From: Octopus sinensis
Taxonomy: Eukaryota
Direction of reading: 5' to 3'
Length of the DNA: 26,317 nt
Assembly (NCBI RefSeq): GCF_006345805.1
Contig: NW_021835582.1
Coordinates: 1 to 26,317, forward strand
Of this stretch, positions 22,460-26,317 are shown piece after piece. A model generated the notes under the pieces. It searched no databases, was not told the DNA's origin, and was given only the letters and a program-made list of their open reading frames with translations. The stretch's first letter is position 1. Every line of letters starts with the position of its first letter. Position numbers and translations under genes: made by a program.

Positions 22460-22821
22460 ACCGTAAAAATTAATACAGAGAGTTGCTTATTTGCAAAAAA
22501 AAATAAAAGAAAGAAATATAACATGTGACTTCATTGACCGAGGTTACCGTGGTCTTTTCCGTAGGCTTTTCTTTACACTTCATATTGACATTTCTGTGAT
22601 TACGATCCCTATTGATCAACTTTTTTTCCTCTCCCCTTTCCTTTTATTTTTTTCCCTCTCCCCCCTTTTTTAAAAAAATCCTCCCCTTTTTTTGTCCTCT
22701 TTCTTTCCTTTTACGATCCCTTTTGATCGAAACCCAACCCCCTTTTTTTACCCCCAAAAGAAAAGCTCTACCTTGTAATTTGTTCTATCTGTGTGCAGCC
22801 CTGTTTGGCTAATAAAGAAAC
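21332..22821 (+). mobile_element. Tx1-like family A, copy A4 (best preserved)
   Basis: WNEITSRVVTLAQQWAERKVSLKGRAEVANAYIASIIYYRLTVVP..KLERILFHFLWKG..GLGMP matches the post-RT LS(L)KGR..FLW..GGLG region of L1/Tx1 ORF2. It is followed by the zinc knuckle, the 3'UTR and AATAAA. Confidence 0.9.
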
Positions 22822-22968
22822 ATATCTATCTATCTATCTATCTATCTATGTCCATCTATCTCTATCTATCCATCTATCTATCTATCTATGTATCTATTTA
22901 TCTATCTATCTATCAATCAATCTATCTATCTATCTATGACTATCTATCTCTATCTTTCCATCTTTCTG

Positions 22969-23023
<55 letters not shown>

Positions 23024-23042
23024 GTCTATCAATCTATCTATC
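22822..23042. repeat. (TATC)n array 3' of A4
   Basis: Direct reading. Confidence 0.95.
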
Positions 23043-23663
23043 AAACTATCATGTGTCTATCTAGCTATCTCTCTATCAATCATTGTCTGTATCTTTATCT
23101 TTCTATCTCTCTATCTATTACGTCTCTCCATATATCGATATACATATATATATATATACACACATATATACATTCATTTACATTTACTTATTTTCACACA
23201 CACAAACACACACGCAGACACACACTTTCACACACACATATACATAATATAAAGGGAGAGGAAAATCAAATCATGGGACGCAACTTACAAGCATTGTACT
23301 ACAATCCAGGCTCTGGTAAACAAATCGAATGGTCCGGCAAAACGGGAATCTTTATGGTAAACAATCATTGTCTTTCACTTAGTTCCAAAATTCCGAGTTC
23401 ACTATTTCGGGTTTTATCCTGTGTAAAAGACATTAAAATAAGAATTAAATGTACACATGAAGTACTTACTTTTTAGCATATTTATTTATACAATGCAATT
23501 TAGTTATTTTTAAACCTGTGAACGACACGCCTTTTCTGCTGCATGTATGTTATAAGCATTGCATCAGGTTACATCCTGCTGGTTGAAAACTGTACCACCA
23601 GTATAAAACAAATGACGTAATATATATATGCGCACATATATATATATATAGATATATATAAAC

Positions 23664-23681
23664 ATCTATATCTCTATCTAT

Positions 23682-23724
<43 letters not shown>

Positions 23725-23783
23725 CTATCTATCTATCTATCTATCTATCTGTATATATATATCTACATATCTATCTATCTATC
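23664..23783. repeat. (TATC)n array 5' of A5
   Basis: Direct reading. Confidence 0.95.
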
Positions 23784-25300
23784 TGGAACGAGATAACGAG
23801 TAGTTGGTGTCACTCTCGCCCAGCAATGGGCCGAGAGAGGAAAGTGTCCCTAAAAGGTCGGGTGGAGGTGGCGAAAGCCTACATCGCGTCCAACATCTAC
23901 TACCGCCTGACCCGTCGTACCTTGTCCCGACCCTACCATCACCAAACTAGAACGCATCCTCTTCCGCTTCTTGTGGAAGGATGCGTCCCGATGATCAGGC
24001 GATCCATTTGCTGCCAACACCCGTGAAAAAGAAGGGCTGGGCATGCCGTGGTTGATGATGCGCAGACACGCGCCGGAGACTGCGACATCTCCGGCTCTAT
24101 GTTCACGGAGAGTGAACAGGTTGGTCGCCCTTTGTGAGGCATGCATTCCCACAATCGTCTCCATGACCGAACAACAGTCTGTGGATCAAAAAGAGGCCGA
24201 GGAAGGGCGAATGACACGAAGGGACACCGCGAGTGTCGCGTTGCTCTCAAGCAACTCTGCCGTCCCAGGTCGACCTTGAGTGACTTCAACACAACCAAAG
24301 AATTCTATAGGGGATTAGTGGAGGGGAGGTACGACGACGATCTCTAGGCAAACCTGGGCGTCGTCGAGGAATACCTGACCCGCCTCTTTCAAACGACTTT
24401 CGGCCCGGAACCTATAGACAACTTCCAGAGATCCCTCGCCTGGCGGTGCTACCGAGAAGCGCTACCCGTTCGGGATAAGCTCTATAGGCATGGCTCGAGA
24501 AACACGGGGCCGACCTGCCCCAGATGCGGGCAGAGCGACGAAACCGCTCTGCACGCAATCGTGCAGTGTCCAGCAATTTCCGACCTGTGGGCTTATGTCG
24601 ATCGACTGCTGTCACGTGTGGGACGTGTCGGTTTATCAGCCGAGTCTATCGTTAATATCGTCACGCCTCCTTCCTTCAAACGGGAAGGAAGAGCTATTTT
24701 TATCATACGTGTGGCAATGGCGAAAGAATGTATCTGGTGGCGACGCCCCGAAAGGATTGGAGACAAACACTTTCCTCTCTGGGTCAATCTCTCATCAACT
24801 TCTTCAAGTATCACATGAAGGAAAGTGAGTGAGAGTCGAGAGGCAAATTTTGTCTAGCGAATGTTTTAAAAAAAGATGGGTGAATGTAGCAAGGATGGCA
24901 CGTATGAATGACGAAGCCACCTTGACTATGATTCTATGAACCGTAAAAATTAATACAGAGAGTTGCTTATTTGCAAAAAAAAATAAAAGAAAGAAATATA
25001 ACATGTGACTTCATTGACCGAGGTTACCGTGGTCTTTTCCGTAGGCTTTTCTTTACACTTCATATTGACATTTCTGTGATTACGATCCCTATTGATCAAC
25101 TTTATTTTCTCACCCCTTTCCTTTTATTTCTTTCCTTCTCCCCCCTTTTTTAAAAAAATCCTCCCCTTTTTTGTCCTCTTTCTTTCCTTTTACGATCCCT
25201 TTTGATCGAAACCCAAACCCCCCTTTTTTTACCCCCAAAAGAAAAGCTCTACCAAGTAATGTGTTGTCTGTGTGCAGCCCTGTGTGGCTAATAAAGAAAC
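23784..25300 (+). mobile_element. Tx1-like family A, copy A5 (~1.5 kb, 5'-truncated)
   Basis: Same boundaries as A2-A4. Shares diagnostic bases with A3, e.g. gatctctaggcaaacc. Many small indels. Confidence 0.87.
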
Positions 25301-25380
25301 ATATCTATCTATCCTCTCTCTATCATCTATCTATCTATTTATCTATCCATCTCTCTCCTCTATCCATCTATCTATCTATG

Positions 25381-25415
<35 letters not shown>

Positions 25416-25536
25416 TATTCTATCTATGTCTCCTATATCTCTACTATCTATCTATCTATCTATCTATCTATCGAGAATCATCTATCTATCTATCATTGTC
25501 TAATCTATCACTATCTTAGCTCTATCTTTCCATCTT

Positions 25537-25576
<40 letters not shown>

Positions 25577-25594
25577 CTATATATTATATTTCTT

Positions 25595-25635
<41 letters not shown>

Positions 25636-25659
25636 ATCTGTTCTATCAATCTATCTATC
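25301..25659. repeat. Noisy (TATC)n array 3' of A5
   Basis: Direct reading. Confidence 0.93.
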
Positions 25660-26317
25660 AAACTATCATGTGTCTGTCTAGCTATCTTCTATCAATCATT
25701 GACTGTATCTTCATCTTTTATCTCTCTATCCATTACGTTCTCTCCATATATCGATAACATATATATATATATACCACATATCATACATTCATTTACATTT
25801 ACTTATTTCACACACACAAACACGCACGCAGACACACACTTTCACACACACATATACATAATATAAAGGGAGAGGAAAATCAAATCATGAGGACGCAACT
25901 TACAAAGCATTGTAACTAATCCAGGCTCTGGTAAACCACATCGAATGGTCCGGCAAAACGGGAAATCTTTATGGTAAACAATCATTGTCTTTCACTTAGT
26001 TCCAAAAATTCCGACCGTAAGTTCACTATTTCGGGTTTGATCCTGTGTAAAAGACTAAAAATAAGAATTTAAATGTTACACATGAAGGTAACTTACTTTT
26101 TAGCATATTTATATACATGCAATTTAGTTATTTTAAAACCTGTTGAACGACACGCCTTTCTGCTGCATGTATATCATAAGCATTAGCATCAGGTTACATC
26201 CTGCTGGTTGAAAACTGTACCACCAGTATTCAGTAATTATAACTTTAGACTCAGATACTGATACCGGTGGAATGTAAAATACGCTGCATGCCATTGCTTC
26301 AAATTTGAATAAAACAG

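Larger units (their letters stand above)
20538..26317 (+). repeat. Large tandem repeat, unit 3 (partial, runs off window)
   Basis: 20538-21200 is nearly identical to 1-682, followed by two Tx1-A copies and the downstream spacer as in unit 2. Confidence 0.92.

Noticed and set aside
1-26317. Helitron concatemer or multicopy RNA-gene cluster (rDNA, 5S, snRNA, tRNA, histone) as the cause of the array
   Set aside because: I found no Rep/Hel coding sequence, no convincing hairpin-CTRR terminus and no recognisable RNA or histone gene. An Rfam/Infernal scan would be decisive.

Overview
Eukaryotic, AT-rich, microsatellite-dense DNA with no recognisable host gene, RNA gene or CRISPR array. The SINE and MITE sequences resemble octopus repeats as I recall them, so an Octopus origin is likely but unverified. 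The whole window is a head-to-tail tandem array of a large composite unit: unit 1 = 1-8861, unit 2 = 8862-20537, unit 3 = 20538 to the window end (partial). Each unit is a patchwork of TE remnants. These are: a young 5'-truncated L1/Tx1-clade LINE (family A, 5 copies) sitting in a (TATC)n array with a 17-19 bp target-site duplication; two older Tx1-like fragments (B = ORF2 C-terminus plus 3'UTR; C = RT core with a decayed YADD); a tRNA-type SINE inserted antisense in B with an 11-bp TSD; an (AAT)n-flanked unclassified repeat; and MITE remnants. The most notable observations are: (i) the SINE 3' end matches the Tx1-A 3' end (27/34 nt ungapped), suggesting a SINE/Tx1 partner pair; (ii) family A is a candidate GATA/TATC-microsatellite-targeting retrotransposon; (iii) the array has a nested higher-order structure whose history can be reconstructed from diagnostic sites. 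All long ORFs in the track are Tx1 fragments or microsatellite artefacts. Clusters of 1-bp indels suggest patches of long-read consensus error.
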